Source: an uncultured virus (IMG/VR IMGVR_UViG_3300006204_000270) (taxonomy: Duplodnaviria > Heunggongvirae > Uroviricota > Caudoviricetes). From it: DNA of 64,000 nt. Each line of letters opens with the position of its first letter. Position 1 is the first letter of the stretch. The notes beneath the pieces are model-generated. The model worked only from the letters and a program-made list of their open reading frames with translations. It did not search any database and had not been told where the DNA came from. The stretch lies in IMG/VR virus record IMGVR_UViG_3300006204_000270; one strand, 5' to 3'. The position numbers and the translations under genes are program-made. This document shows, piece after piece, positions 47,596-57,459 of the stretch.

Positions 47596-48015
47596 TTAGT
47601 CCTCCTCGCCGTAGTCAGCCTCGCCCTCGGAGCTGTTGTCGCTCTCGCTGGTGCCAGTGCTGGCCCCGGCTCCGCCGTCCCCAGCGTCGCCCTCTGCGTC
47701 CACCTCGACCTCCTCGCCAGCGATAGCCTCAACGAGCTGCGCCTTTTTGAGGCCCTTTGTCTCAATGCCCATGTCCTCTGCGAGGCGCTTGAGGTCGTCC
47801 ACTTTCATCTCCTCAAGCTGCCCCCGGTCGAGGTTGCCCGTGAGTGTCTGGCCGCCGCCTGCGCTTTCCTCTCCGCCGTCCATGAGCCGGAAATAGCCGG
47901 AGGCTACCGCCACGTCAGCGGTAGCCTTGTCCTCCACGAACACGTCCGGCTCTTTCCGGGTGGCGCTTACCACGCCGCAGTAGGAGAGGCCCTTGCAAAG
48001 TCTGATGTGATACAT
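47596..48015 (-). CDS. Head-associated protein with Rho-N/HeH-like motif
   Basis: MKVDDLKRLAEDMGI..KGLKKAQLVEAI. Confidence 0.6.
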   Translation of the reverse strand: MYHIRLCKGLSYCGVVSATRKEPDVFVEDKATADVAVASGYFRLMDGGEESAGGGQTLTGNLDRGQLEEMKVDDLKRLAEDMGIETKGLKKAQLVEAIAGEEVEVDAEGDAGDGGAGASTGTSESDNSSEGEADYGEED

Positions 48016-48027
48016 AGTCGCTCCTCC

Positions 48028-48951
48028 TTACTTGAGGCCCTTGATGATGGCCGTCGCGTCCAGCTCCTCGACGATGGGGTCATAGTCCAGATGGGTGACG
48101 TAGAAACGCTTATCCATCATAATGGCCTTTTCGCCCTCGGTGGTCTTGCGGATTTTCACGGAGTAGGTGTTGACGACAATGAGGTTTTTGGGGTCGGTCA
48201 GCAGGATAGTCCCGTCGTCGAGGGCGGGGCATTCCACCGTGGGAATGCGGGCGGGGGAGTTGTAAATGCTCTCCGGCACCGCGCCGCCCTTGCCAATCAC
48301 CTGATTGAGCAGAAACAGCTCCCACTCCTGCGCCCGGTGCGGGGACATCAGCCAGCGGAGCTTGCCGTTGTTGTACTTGTTGGGGAGCTGGGCCAGCGTC
48401 TTGTAGAAAAGGTCGAGGCTCATTCCCGTGGCGCTGCTCGCGTCGTAGACGTGACCGCCGTTGGAAATCTGCTTAATCCAGCCGTCATTGATCTTCAAGA
48501 AATCATAGTCCGGGTCAGTGCTTTCCGTGGCCTCGTCGCCGTTGAGGTACAAGTCCTCAAGGTCAATGCCGAGCTGGGTCGTCATAAGGTTGGTGACGAT
48601 AGTCTCGAAGTTCTGGCCCTCGATGTTCTCCCGCAGCGTCTCCTCGGTGATCTCCCAGGGCAGCCGGACGGCGGTGGTGGCGTACTCAATCTGGCTGGTT
48701 TCCACGCCTGCGCGGTAGCCGTCGTCGGTGTTCTCCGTCTTTTTGCGGACAATGCGGCGAGCAATGCCAATCTTATCGACCTCGCCCGTCTTTGCGGTAC
48801 GCATTTCGTGCCGCACGAGGCCGCCGAGGGTGGTGGCCTCAAAGGTCTGCTGAATGAATTTCTTCGCCTGCTCCGGGTTCAGCAGCCCAGAGGCAAGGGA
48901 GGTCGTTTCGATGGTGGCCGCCTTGCGGATAATGTCCTGATTGTTAGGCAT
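48028..48951 (-). CDS. Major capsid protein (XkdG-like)
   Basis: GLLNPEQA..FI, LRENIEG, DLEDL..NGD. Confidence 0.9.
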   Translation of the reverse strand: MPNNQDIIRKAATIETTSLASGLLNPEQAKKFIQQTFEATTLGGLVRHEMRTAKTGEVDKIGIARRIVRKKTENTDDGYRAGVETSQIEYATTAVRLPWEITEETLRENIEGQNFETIVTNLMTTQLGIDLEDLYLNGDEATESTDPDYDFLKINDGWIKQISNGGHVYDASSATGMSLDLFYKTLAQLPNKYNNGKLRWLMSPHRAQEWELFLLNQVIGKGGAVPESIYNSPARIPTVECPALDDGTILLTDPKNLIVVNTYSVKIRKTTEGEKAIMMDKRFYVTHLDYDPIVEELDATAIIKGLK

Positions 48952-48972
48952 AGTCTCTTTCCTCCTCGTAAA

Positions 48973-50397
48973 TTAAAGAATACCGTGCAGGTAATGCTCC
49001 TCGCCCGCAGATTTCTCCACGGTGCCGCCGAGGTTGCTGGGCAGGCCCCGGCTTTTCAGCACCGGGTCAACCGCCTTTGCCACGGCTGCGGTAATCATCT
49101 CCTGCACCCGCTCTGCGGTGACGTGTTCCTCCTGCGGGGTGAGCGCCTTGGCAATGGCCTCTCCGACCATCTTCTCGACGGCCTCCGGCGTGATTTCGGC
49201 GGGGGCGGTATTCTCCTTACCCCCAGCCTTTTCCACCGCTCCTGCGCCACTCTGGGCCGCCTGCGGGGGTTCCTGCTGGCCTGTGGTCTGCTGTGCGCTG
49301 CCGCCCATTGCCTTTTCGATGGCAGAGGCGACGATCTGCTCTACGTCCTGTTTCGTCACTTCTTTGTCCTCCTTATCCTTGTCTTTGTCGGTTTCGGGTT
49401 CGCCCTCCCCGCCGCCGCCCTCCGGCTCCTCGGACTTCTTTTTCTTGTCCGGGTCGTCGTCCTCCGGCTCCGGGTCGTCGAACTCCTTGACAAACGCTCC
49501 CAAACTCTCGTAGATATTCAAGAGCGTTTCCTTGTTCTTGCCGCTCATTTTCTTTCCGGCCTTTGCGATCTGCTCCGGCTGGTCGGTGTGAATGGCTTTG
49601 GTGATACTCTCCTTGCCCGTGAGAATGTCGGTGATGATGGCGTTGAAGTCCTCAAGGCACTCGCGCACCTTGCCCTCGTCCGCCTCATACTGCCAGCAGC
49701 CCGTGTACGGGTCGTAGTGCTGTAGGGTGTCTTGGAGGGAATAGAACGCCTCCCAGAAAAGGTTGCCTTTGCTGCGCTCCGCAAAAAGTTCCGCTACGGC
49801 TCCTTTCTCCACCACATTCAGCCCCAGCGCCGCCGCCAACTGTTTCAGCAGCCCCTTTTTCTCACTGGTTTCCTGCTTGCTTACGCTCTCCAACTGCACG
49901 TCCTCCTCGCTGTAGTTTCCGAGGCCGCCCATACTAAAGCCCGTGATCTCGCCCTTTTCAATTCCAGCCCACACGCTTTCGTCTGTGACCTCCATCGTCA
50001 TAAGCCACGTTCCCTTGCGGACTGCCTCTCCGTCGATGTCGAAATCGGCTTTGGCAATCCACGTTTCCACAACCGTCGCCCCGTCCAGCGGCTCAAAGCT
50101 GTGTTGCAGGTCTACTTGGTCGCCGTTCTTGGCGTACCAGTAGGCCGCCTTTGTAATCTCCTCCTCCGTCATAAAATTGCCGTGGCTGTCCTCCTCCATC
50201 GGCTCATAGACAATCCCGGTGACGTAGTGGCTGTCTGCGTCCGCCTTGATAATCCTGCCGTAGGTGGTGAACGTCGCTTTGCCGCCGTCCTCTTTCTTTA
50301 TGAGGAACTGCCGCTTGTTTGCGGCCTTATCGACGAGTGAGACGAATTGGATTTTCGCGTCCGTGATTTCGTATGCTTTCCTCAAACTCCTGCTCAT
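48973..50397 (-). CDS. Prohead protease/scaffold (XkdF-like)
   Basis: VSLVDKAAN, GIVYEP, GEITGFSMGG. Confidence 0.85.
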   Translation of the reverse strand: MSRSLRKAYEITDAKIQFVSLVDKAANKRQFLIKKEDGGKATFTTYGRIIKADADSHYVTGIVYEPMEEDSHGNFMTEEEITKAAYWYAKNGDQVDLQHSFEPLDGATVVETWIAKADFDIDGEAVRKGTWLMTMEVTDESVWAGIEKGEITGFSMGGLGNYSEEDVQLESVSKQETSEKKGLLKQLAAALGLNVVEKGAVAELFAERSKGNLFWEAFYSLQDTLQHYDPYTGCWQYEADEGKVRECLEDFNAIITDILTGKESITKAIHTDQPEQIAKAGKKMSGKNKETLLNIYESLGAFVKEFDDPEPEDDDPDKKKKSEEPEGGGGEGEPETDKDKDKEDKEVTKQDVEQIVASAIEKAMGGSAQQTTGQQEPPQAAQSGAGAVEKAGGKENTAPAEITPEAVEKMVGEAIAKALTPQEEHVTAERVQEMITAAVAKAVDPVLKSRGLPSNLGGTVEKSAGEEHYLHGIL

Positions 50398-50592
50398 GGC
50401 CTTTCACCTCCTTTCGGTGGCTCTTGGGAAATATAAAAAGCAGCGTCGCCGCTGCTCTTTACCGTGTCCTGTTTCCGTGTCGCCACGAAAACGCCTCTGA
50501 ACGGCCCGAAATGGCCGTTATTTGTCTGGGGGTGTAATTTCTCTACCCGTGTCCTCTGCGGCGCTCCTGCGCCACGAAGGGAGGCAGAGCGG

Positions 50593-51561
50593 CTATTCCT
50601 CGTCAATCCCCGCTTTCGCCTTGTTCTGTGCGTCCAGCTCTTTCTCCCATTCGTCGTCCATAGCGTCGATTGCCTCCTGCTGTAGCCGCTGGCGCTCCTC
50701 CAACGGGAGGCCGAGGGTTTCCTCGCTGACGACGGGCTGGGAAATGCAGTGGCAGTTTATGCTTTCCTCCGGGGGGAGGAGCGGGTCGCGGGGGTACATC
50801 GGTTCATAGGTGCCGCCGTCCGCGCCGATAAGCTCATACGGCTCCTCAACCGGGACGCGCTGGCCGTCCATATCCACATGATTTTGGCGCGGCTCGTTCC
50901 TGTATTCCCCCGTGTGTTTCCACATCTTCTCGCTGACCGCCGGAGACTGCATATATGCCTCCTGCTGCGCGACGCTGTGCGCCCGTAAAACCTCTGTGAC
51001 GGCGACGCGCCGGGCCTTATAGTATTCGTCCCGTATGCCACTGTCGAGGATAGCGCGGGTGAACTCCGCCATGCCCTGCCCCTCTGCAAGGCCCTTTTCG
51101 AGTATGCGCTCAATTTCCTTGTGACTGTTGAGCTGCATGATCTCTCCGAGGTCTTTGCTCCAACTCTTTACCCATGCCAGCGTCCGCTTTGATACCTGCG
51201 TCAGCTTGAGGCCTCGGTCTGTCTGGGCGATATAGTAGCCGATGTACTCCGGGAGAAATTCGCTCAGCCTCTCCGTGAAAACCGTGGCGAGCTTGCTCTT
51301 AGCTGCGTCATTCAGTTTCACCCCCGGCCAGATGTCCGCCGAAAAGGTTTCGAGGTCAACGGCCTTTTCCGCCTCCGCAAGGATATAGTCTGTCTCCTCC
51401 AACAGGGCCTCCTCAACACTGTCCTCGATGTCCTGCGCGTATTTGAGCGTCTTTTTGGGCTTGATGTAGCCCTCCGCGCCCAGCGCGTCCGCGAGGCCGT
51501 CGTCTGCCTTTTGGATATATGCGTCGATGGCCTTAATAAGGGGGGCGCACTCCATGCACAT
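50593..51561 (-). CDS. Minor head morphogenesis protein (Mu gpF/SPP1 gp7-like)
   Basis: ARRVAVTE, K.W.H, H..MDGQ, ESINCHC. Confidence 0.85.
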   Translation of the reverse strand: MCMECAPLIKAIDAYIQKADDGLADALGAEGYIKPKKTLKYAQDIEDSVEEALLEETDYILAEAEKAVDLETFSADIWPGVKLNDAAKSKLATVFTERLSEFLPEYIGYYIAQTDRGLKLTQVSKRTLAWVKSWSKDLGEIMQLNSHKEIERILEKGLAEGQGMAEFTRAILDSGIRDEYYKARRVAVTEVLRAHSVAQQEAYMQSPAVSEKMWKHTGEYRNEPRQNHVDMDGQRVPVEEPYELIGADGGTYEPMYPRDPLLPPEESINCHCISQPVVSEETLGLPLEERQRLQQEAIDAMDDEWEKELDAQNKAKAGIDEE

Positions 51562-51563
51562 CG

Positions 51564-53126
51564 TCAGCCCCCCTTGTCCATCTTCATCAGCAGCCGCTTT
51601 ACCTCTTTCATCACAGCTACCACCGCGTCGTCGTGGCTGCTGGCGGCCTTTTCTATCTGCTGTTGCAGGCCCATCGTGAGCTGGCCGATGTCAAACCCCT
51701 GCGCGGCTCCGCCACCCTGCGATTTGCTGTAGGATAGGGGAGTGTCGCCCCATTCCTCTGGGTAGTCCTCCGCCTGCTCCCCGAACGCCTCGTAGATGAT
51801 ACGCTTGGCAAAATTCGGGGTCACACCTCCGGCGTTGTTCGCTACTGTAAGCAGCTTGTAGAGGTCGTCCGGGTTGGTGATGTCCGGCTCAAGGAAATAA
51901 GCCTCGACGTGCTGGAATTGGTAGCCGTTCAGCAGGCGGTTGTTGATGGCCCATGCGAGGCTCCGGCGCTCCGGCTGGAATACCTGCTCCTCTGTGACCT
52001 CCTGCGCGGTCTGCGCCGTCGCCCGGTTAAAGTCGGTAGTATAGGCCACATAAAGGTCTGGGAGCTGGAAAGCCGACTGCACTTTCCGGCGGTTGTTGTC
52101 GAGGTAGCCTTGGAAAAGCTCGTCCTTTTGGAGTACGCTGGCGAGGTCTTTGACGGTGATTTTCGGCTTTTCCTGTTGGTCGAAGTCCGTCCGCCCGTCG
52201 CTCGCCTCTGTCTCCAAGAGGAGAAAAGCGTGTTGTCCGGCCTCTCCCTTGATGTCGTTGATATACTGCTGTAGCTTTTCAAAGCTCTCGTCAGTGAGGG
52301 TGCCGCCCTCAATCATAATCATCAGTGGCGTATGCCTGCCGTTGGTGAAATAGTTGTTGTTGAGGGTTTCCGCCCTCCGGCTCCCGTCTACGCCGAGTAT
52401 CTGGCCTATCCAGCGCACCTCCCCGTATGGCTCCGTCCCGATGGCGAACTCCATAATTTCGTTCGCTTGATATTCGAGGTCGAGACTTTCGCCCTCCTTG
52501 AGGTATTCGCCGTCCCGCCTGTCCATAATGCGCGGGTCGCCAAACTCCTTGAAAAAGACGGTCTTGCCGCCGATGTCCTGCCTGTACTTGCAGTAGCGTT
52601 TCTTGCGCTCTGTCTGCTGGCCGTGATGGTAGTATACCGTGGAGATATACGGGTCGAGCGGGCGGGTCTTGAGTATCGTGGGCGTTTCCTTGACGAACTC
52701 GATTTGCACCACCTCTCCGGCCACATTGCGAATGACCTCAAGGTAGGCAATGCCGTAGGTTTCCCGCGCCTCGATGATGTCCTCAAATACCTCTTTGGTG
52801 TCCTGCTCGATGTTCAGCAGCTCAATGATCTCCTGCGCCCGGCTGAACTCCGCCGCCATCTCCGGCGTTTCCTCCGCGTCCTCGATATACCGTATGCCTA
52901 TCCCAAACCCTGCGATATTGTTCTTGTAGGCCCTGATACATTGGGGGAGAATGGTGCTGTGCTTTACCAGATTGCGCAGGCCCCGCAGGTCGCTTGGCGG
53001 TGAAATCCAGTCCGCCGCCGCGTAGACCTCCTGCTCTGTAACCTGCTGGGAGGTGTCCGCTTTCTCGACGGGGGCCTGCTGCCATTTGATAATCCGCGCC
53101 CGTATCCCTCTTTTGGAATTAGCCAC
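51564..53126 (-). CDS. Portal protein (PBSX-type)
   Basis: YGEVRWIG, NYFTNG..TP, DFNRATA. Confidence 0.9.
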   Translation of the reverse strand: MANSKRGIRARIIKWQQAPVEKADTSQQVTEQEVYAAADWISPPSDLRGLRNLVKHSTILPQCIRAYKNNIAGFGIGIRYIEDAEETPEMAAEFSRAQEIIELLNIEQDTKEVFEDIIEARETYGIAYLEVIRNVAGEVVQIEFVKETPTILKTRPLDPYISTVYYHHGQQTERKKRYCKYRQDIGGKTVFFKEFGDPRIMDRRDGEYLKEGESLDLEYQANEIMEFAIGTEPYGEVRWIGQILGVDGSRRAETLNNNYFTNGRHTPLMIMIEGGTLTDESFEKLQQYINDIKGEAGQHAFLLLETEASDGRTDFDQQEKPKITVKDLASVLQKDELFQGYLDNNRRKVQSAFQLPDLYVAYTTDFNRATAQTAQEVTEEQVFQPERRSLAWAINNRLLNGYQFQHVEAYFLEPDITNPDDLYKLLTVANNAGGVTPNFAKRIIYEAFGEQAEDYPEEWGDTPLSYSKSQGGGAAQGFDIGQLTMGLQQQIEKAASSHDDAVVAVMKEVKRLLMKMDKGG

Positions 53127-54525
53127 TCTTTTTCACCCCTCTCTTTTTCGGTGGCTTGACTGGCAAGCAAAGCAGCAGCACACAGTCCGCCTCGTCCGGG
53201 GAGGGCTGCCCTCTTTTCTTCACCGCGTCCTTGCTCTCAATCTTGATTTTGCTGGCCTCTGTCAGCCCGTACTTTCGCCCGGAAAGCTGGGCCACGAGGT
53301 CGTCGTCGTCCGGGAGTATCAGCTCCACGGGCTTTCTGTTGCCCTCCTCGTCGTAGGGCTGTAAAAGGTTCTTCACCACGGACATCATGTAGGTAGTGCT
53401 GTCGTGGTAGTATTTGTGTTTTATCCTCTGGCCGAACTTCACGGGGTAAATCTCAAGCCACCAGAAACGCTCCGGGTCGCCTCGCTTGACCTGCCGGAGG
53501 CGGTCTACTACGCCGCCGCCCACGCCGCCGTCGTCCACCTTGACGGGAATGGGGGTCGTGAGCTTGTACCTCTGCGCCAGCTCCTCCCCAAGCAGGATAA
53601 TGTCGTCCGCCGTTTTCATGGTGTCCTGCCCCTGCCGCTTGCGGTAGAACGTGACCTTTTCGTCCACCTTGTAGCCTATCACCGTCTTGTCGTCTCCAAA
53701 TCGGGCCACGTCGCACCCGATATGCACCATAAGCGGGTTTTTCCGGGGAGAAAACTCTGTCATAATGGAGTTTTCGACGAGCGAAAGAGGTATAAAAATA
53801 TCGTCCTCTTGGAGCGGGAACTCCCCAGCGACACGCACTCGGAACACGTCGCTGTCCTCCCCGTACATTCGGGCGATAGTGTCTACGAAGTCCTGCGATA
53901 CCCGGCTGCTGTTCCTGCCGTCGATGTGGAACGTCGAGTAGCTGGCCCTGTTTTTGTTATGGCTGTCGTAGAAAAAGCCGGAAAGCTGCGTCGGGTTCCC
54001 GCACATCAGGAGCCGCGCCCCCGGCGTAGAGAGCGAGCCGAGTACAGGCTCGAATATGTTGTCCTCTACGCCGCTGGCCTCGTCGATGATGTATAGGACG
54101 TGTTCTGCGTGAAAGCCCTGTAGCGCGTCCGGCTTGCTGGCCGTCCGCGCTACTGCAAACCACTCCTCTGGGTAGCCCCGCATATAGACCTTTTCCTTTG
54201 TCCAGATAAGCTCATTCGATAGGGCCGAGTTGTGCCTTATCCACTTGCTGACCTCTGCCCATAGAATGTCAAATAGCTGGTGCTGCGTCGGGGCCGTGCA
54301 GGGTATCTTGGGGAATGGGCGCGTCAGCATAAACCAGATAACCGCCCACGCCTCCACCGTGCTTTTCCCTACGCCGTGGCCGCTCCTCACGCTTGTCATG
54401 GTGTTTGCCTCCAAGCTACGGAGTATCTTTGCCTGCTCCGGGTCTGGCGTGGCCCCGATAACGTCCTGCACAAATTCGACGGGGTGGCTGTTGTAAAACA
54501 GAATAGCCCGCTCTAAATCACTCAC
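53119..54525 (-). CDS. Terminase large subunit
   Basis: SGHGVGKS, IIDEASG, GNPT, DVARFGDD, SPDEAD; GTG start 54525. Confidence 0.93.
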   Translation of the reverse strand: MSDLERAILFYNSHPVEFVQDVIGATPDPEQAKILRSLEANTMTSVRSGHGVGKSTVEAWAVIWFMLTRPFPKIPCTAPTQHQLFDILWAEVSKWIRHNSALSNELIWTKEKVYMRGYPEEWFAVARTASKPDALQGFHAEHVLYIIDEASGVEDNIFEPVLGSLSTPGARLLMCGNPTQLSGFFYDSHNKNRASYSTFHIDGRNSSRVSQDFVDTIARMYGEDSDVFRVRVAGEFPLQEDDIFIPLSLVENSIMTEFSPRKNPLMVHIGCDVARFGDDKTVIGYKVDEKVTFYRKRQGQDTMKTADDIILLGEELAQRYKLTTPIPVKVDDGGVGGGVVDRLRQVKRGDPERFWWLEIYPVKFGQRIKHKYYHDSTTYMMSVVKNLLQPYDEEGNRKPVELILPDDDDLVAQLSGRKYGLTEASKIKIESKDAVKKRGQPSPDEADCVLLLCLPVKPPKKRGVKKSG

Positions 54526-55012
54526 CGCCGTCGCCCTCCCTCTTTTGGAATACGGATATGATCGCGTTCGCAAACTGGGCCGGGCCGCCGCCCGCGCCCT
54601 TTTCGGCCTCCTCCTCAAGCGTCCTGTTGAGCCGTTCAAGGTCGGTCGCCATCTTGATATACTCCTTGATGTCTTTGGGGGTCATGTCCTCGACTGACAG
54701 GCTCGATAGGGCCTCAAGAGCTTTCTTTTGGAGCTGCATGGCTATCCCGATATGGCGCTCTGTCATGGCTTTGCGGTCGGCCACAACCTTTTTCCGGGCC
54801 TCCCGCTCAAGGTCGTTTTCGTAGGCCCTGACGCGCTCCTGCCATCCTTTGTCCCGGCTCCAACGCTGAATAAGCGACGCACTCTTGCCCAACTTTTGCG
54901 CAACCGCTCTTGTACTCCGCTCCGCGCCCATGCTGAGATAGGTAGAAAAAGCCTCATACGCTTGTGCGCTCTCGCCCTTTTGACGCTCCCACGGCTTGTC
55001 AGTCTTTGGCAT
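54518..55012 (-). CDS. Terminase small subunit
   Basis: WERQKGES..AYEAF, HTH; lies upstream of the large subunit. Confidence 0.8.
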   Translation of the reverse strand: MPKTDKPWERQKGESAQAYEAFSTYLSMGAERSTRAVAQKLGKSASLIQRWSRDKGWQERVRAYENDLEREARKKVVADRKAMTERHIGIAMQLQKKALEALSSLSVEDMTPKDIKEYIKMATDLERLNRTLEEEAEKGAGGGPAQFANAIISVFQKREGDGGE

Positions 55013-55027
55013 ATCCTCCTCTCCTTT

Positions 55028-55873
55028 TTATCGTTCTCGCGGCTCCGCCCCAACAATCCAAAAGAGAGCATTGTCTGTGTTGAGACCCTGCTCCAACAGG
55101 TATTTCATGGTCTTTGCCTCATACTGCGGGTGGAGCTTTAGCCCTCCTATACGCATTTTCTGCTGCTTTTCGTAGACAAAGCCCGGCGTATGGAAAAGGT
55201 CGTGGTAAATGAACTCCCGGCCTGCGCCGTATCGCTGGATAGTCGCCCGCACCTTTTCCCTGCGGTCGAACGCCGTGGATATGAGGTGAATGTTCTTCAC
55301 TTTCTTCCCATATTTTTCCACACCGATAATCACGCCGCTGGCGGTTATCCCGCTCCCGCAGGTGATATAAAGGTCGTCGAGGTCGTCCGGGATATTCTGC
55401 ACCTGTTCCGATACGGCACTCAAAAGCACCTCCCCGTAGTCGTCGAGGTTTATCCCGTACTGGACGAGGAACATTCCGCTCCGGGCCGCCAGCGCCTCCG
55501 CCTTTGCCTTGAGGACGTTGTGCCTGCCGCTTTTGGCTATCACTTCCACTCTGGCCCCGTAGCTCATGGCGAGCCGGGGCATAGCGCCTGTGGCGATTGC
55601 GTAGTCGCTGGCCCCCCCGTATGCCACAATGCAGGGTAGCCGATAGTGCCGGGCTGCTGCTGCCGTTATCGGCCCTTGCGGGGAGTGGATAGAGCAGTAG
55701 GTGATTATCCCCGTGGCCTCTGGTCTCCGCCGCAGTGCCGCCTCCACCAGTAGCATACACTGGCGCAGTTTCCCGCCGTTCACTCCTCCGGCCCCGAACG
55801 GGGCATATAGGTCGTCCCGCTTAAAGCGCATTCCGGCGATCTCCTGCACGGGGGTCAGGTCGTGGGCGTTCAT
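55028..55873 (-). CDS. PLP-dependent enzyme (ACC deaminase/D-cysteine desulfhydrase-like fold)
   Basis: KRDDL...GGKLR, TCGSGITASG, LHPQYEAK. Confidence 0.75.
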   Translation of the reverse strand: MNAHDLTPVQEIAGMRFKRDDLYAPFGAGGVNGGKLRQCMLLVEAALRRRPEATGIITYCSIHSPQGPITAAAARHYRLPCIVAYGGASDYAIATGAMPRLAMSYGARVEVIAKSGRHNVLKAKAEALAARSGMFLVQYGINLDDYGEVLLSAVSEQVQNIPDDLDDLYITCGSGITASGVIIGVEKYGKKVKNIHLISTAFDRREKVRATIQRYGAGREFIYHDLFHTPGFVYEKQQKMRIGGLKLHPQYEAKTMKYLLEQGLNTDNALFWIVGAEPRER

Positions 55874-56889
55874 TCCTCTGCCCCGAAAAGGCGCTTGTAG
55901 TATTCGGTCTTGCCTGCAAGCTCCTCCTGCATGAGGCCGTAGAAAGACTGGCCGTTGATTTTCTTGTTGATACCCGCTACCTGATTGAGGCTCTGGAAAC
56001 AGCCGCCCGTCCCCACCTGTTTCATCAGCTCTGTCGGCTCCGGGCTTTTGCCGTTCACGAGCATACAGAGGTTGTAGTCGTTCCCCTTAAAGCCCTCAAG
56101 CCCGTCTATCCCGCAGCACGTCATGCTGTCGCCCATTGGCCGCAGGCGGTTCTCCCCGGCGTAGAATTTCAGCCCGTGCCTGTGGCACTCCGCCCTGATG
56201 GCCTCGAAGTGTGGCCGCAGGACGCTCAATGGGTAGCAATGGTCGCCGCCGATTTTCACCATGCCCTTTTTCCCCTTGTAGAATTTCATGCCCTCGACCA
56301 CTACGCCGTAAACGCCTGCCGCCGCCAGCCGGGGGATATTCGCCATAACGTCTCTGAAAACCTCCGGCATATAGGGCTGTACCCGTACGATTACCCTCTG
56401 CACTCTGTGGGCGAGGGTTTCCACCATTTTCAGCCGCTCCTCGTAGGGCGGTGTCCCCGGTTCCAGCGGGTCGTACTTGCTGCATACCATGCTGATCTGC
56501 ACGACGCAGTTGCTCTTTTCCAGCAGGTCGAGGTATTCCGGGTCTACGACGAGCCTGCCCTTTGTGCTGACGACGAATGGGTAGCGCGTCTCCGCCAGCA
56601 GCTTTAAGCACTCGTAGCTGGCCCGGATATTCTTCTCGATGGGCTGGAACGGGTCGCTCATGCCGCCCCAGTGAATGGGGATATTCCAGTCGCACCACGC
56701 CGTCTCCCGGCCCCGCTTGCCCTCGATGAACGAGCGCAGGGCCTCGACGCTCTCGTCCCGCTGTATCTTGGCAATGTTCTGTTTCTTCTGGGCGAAACAG
56801 TATTTGCACCCGTGGCTGCACCCCTTGTAGGTGTCAAAGCGCACGGGGAGGTTGCAGAGAATGACCTGCGAGCCGCATTTGCACCCCAT
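55870..56889 (-). CDS. Radical SAM protein (SplB-like)
   Basis: DTYKGCSHGCKYCF (CxxxCxxC), GGMSDPFQP.E, STKG. Confidence 0.85.
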   Translation of the reverse strand: MGCKCGSQVILCNLPVRFDTYKGCSHGCKYCFAQKKQNIAKIQRDESVEALRSFIEGKRGRETAWCDWNIPIHWGGMSDPFQPIEKNIRASYECLKLLAETRYPFVVSTKGRLVVDPEYLDLLEKSNCVVQISMVCSKYDPLEPGTPPYEERLKMVETLAHRVQRVIVRVQPYMPEVFRDVMANIPRLAAAGVYGVVVEGMKFYKGKKGMVKIGGDHCYPLSVLRPHFEAIRAECHRHGLKFYAGENRLRPMGDSMTCCGIDGLEGFKGNDYNLCMLVNGKSPEPTELMKQVGTGGCFQSLNQVAGINKKINGQSFYGLMQEELAGKTEYYKRLFGAEE

Positions 56890-57459
56890 TTAGATTTCCC
56901 CCTTTACTTTCTGCATGATTACCTCGACAAGGGCCTCTTTGCCGTAGTCCTTGACGTAGGCTTTCAGCTCCTCTTGGTCTGCCTTGTCGAATTTGAGGCT
57001 GACGTTGAATAGCTCCTCGATGGCCCGCAGCTCCTCGTCCACGGTGTCGCCGTCGATAAGGCTGTCGATGTCGTTGGTGAGGCTGTCTATCTCCGCCTGC
57101 GTAAAGCCCGTGAGCGGCGCGTCGTCGCCCAGCTCCGCCAGCAGCAGGCCCAGCTTTTCCTCGTCCCAGCCGCCCTCGATTTTGTTGAGGGCCACGTTGA
57201 GCTGCCGCTCCTGCGTCTCGTCGAGGTCTACCACCGACACGTCCGCCTCTGCCTCCCCCTCGTTTTCGAGGACGGTGAGCCTCTGGTGGCCGCCGACTAC
57301 CCTGTTGGTCTGCTTGTTCCAGACCACCGGGATAATCATGCCGTAGGTGAGAATGCTCCGGCGCAGGTTCTCGTACTCTGTGTCGCCGGGGATAAGGTCT
57401 ATCCGGGGGTTGTATGCGGCCCTGTCCATGTCCGCGATTTTCTTCCGCACGATCTCCAC
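56890..57459 (-). CDS. ParB/Srx N-terminal domain protein
   Basis: YNPR, VVGGHQRL, LNKIEGGWD. Confidence 0.85.
   Translation of the reverse strand: MEIVRKKIADMDRAAYNPRIDLIPGDTEYENLRRSILTYGMIIPVVWNKQTNRVVGGHQRLTVLENEGEAEADVSVVDLDETQERQLNVALNKIEGGWDEEKLGLLLAELGDDAPLTGFTQAEIDSLTNDIDSLIDGDTVDEELRAIEELFNVSLKFDKADQEELKAYVKDYGKEALVEVIMQKVKGEI

Noticed and set aside
47293..49725. 810-aa plus-strand ORF and similar long antisense ORFs (30236-31948, 44116-45405, 15966-17243)
   Set aside because: Shadow ORFs opposite well-supported GC-rich genes
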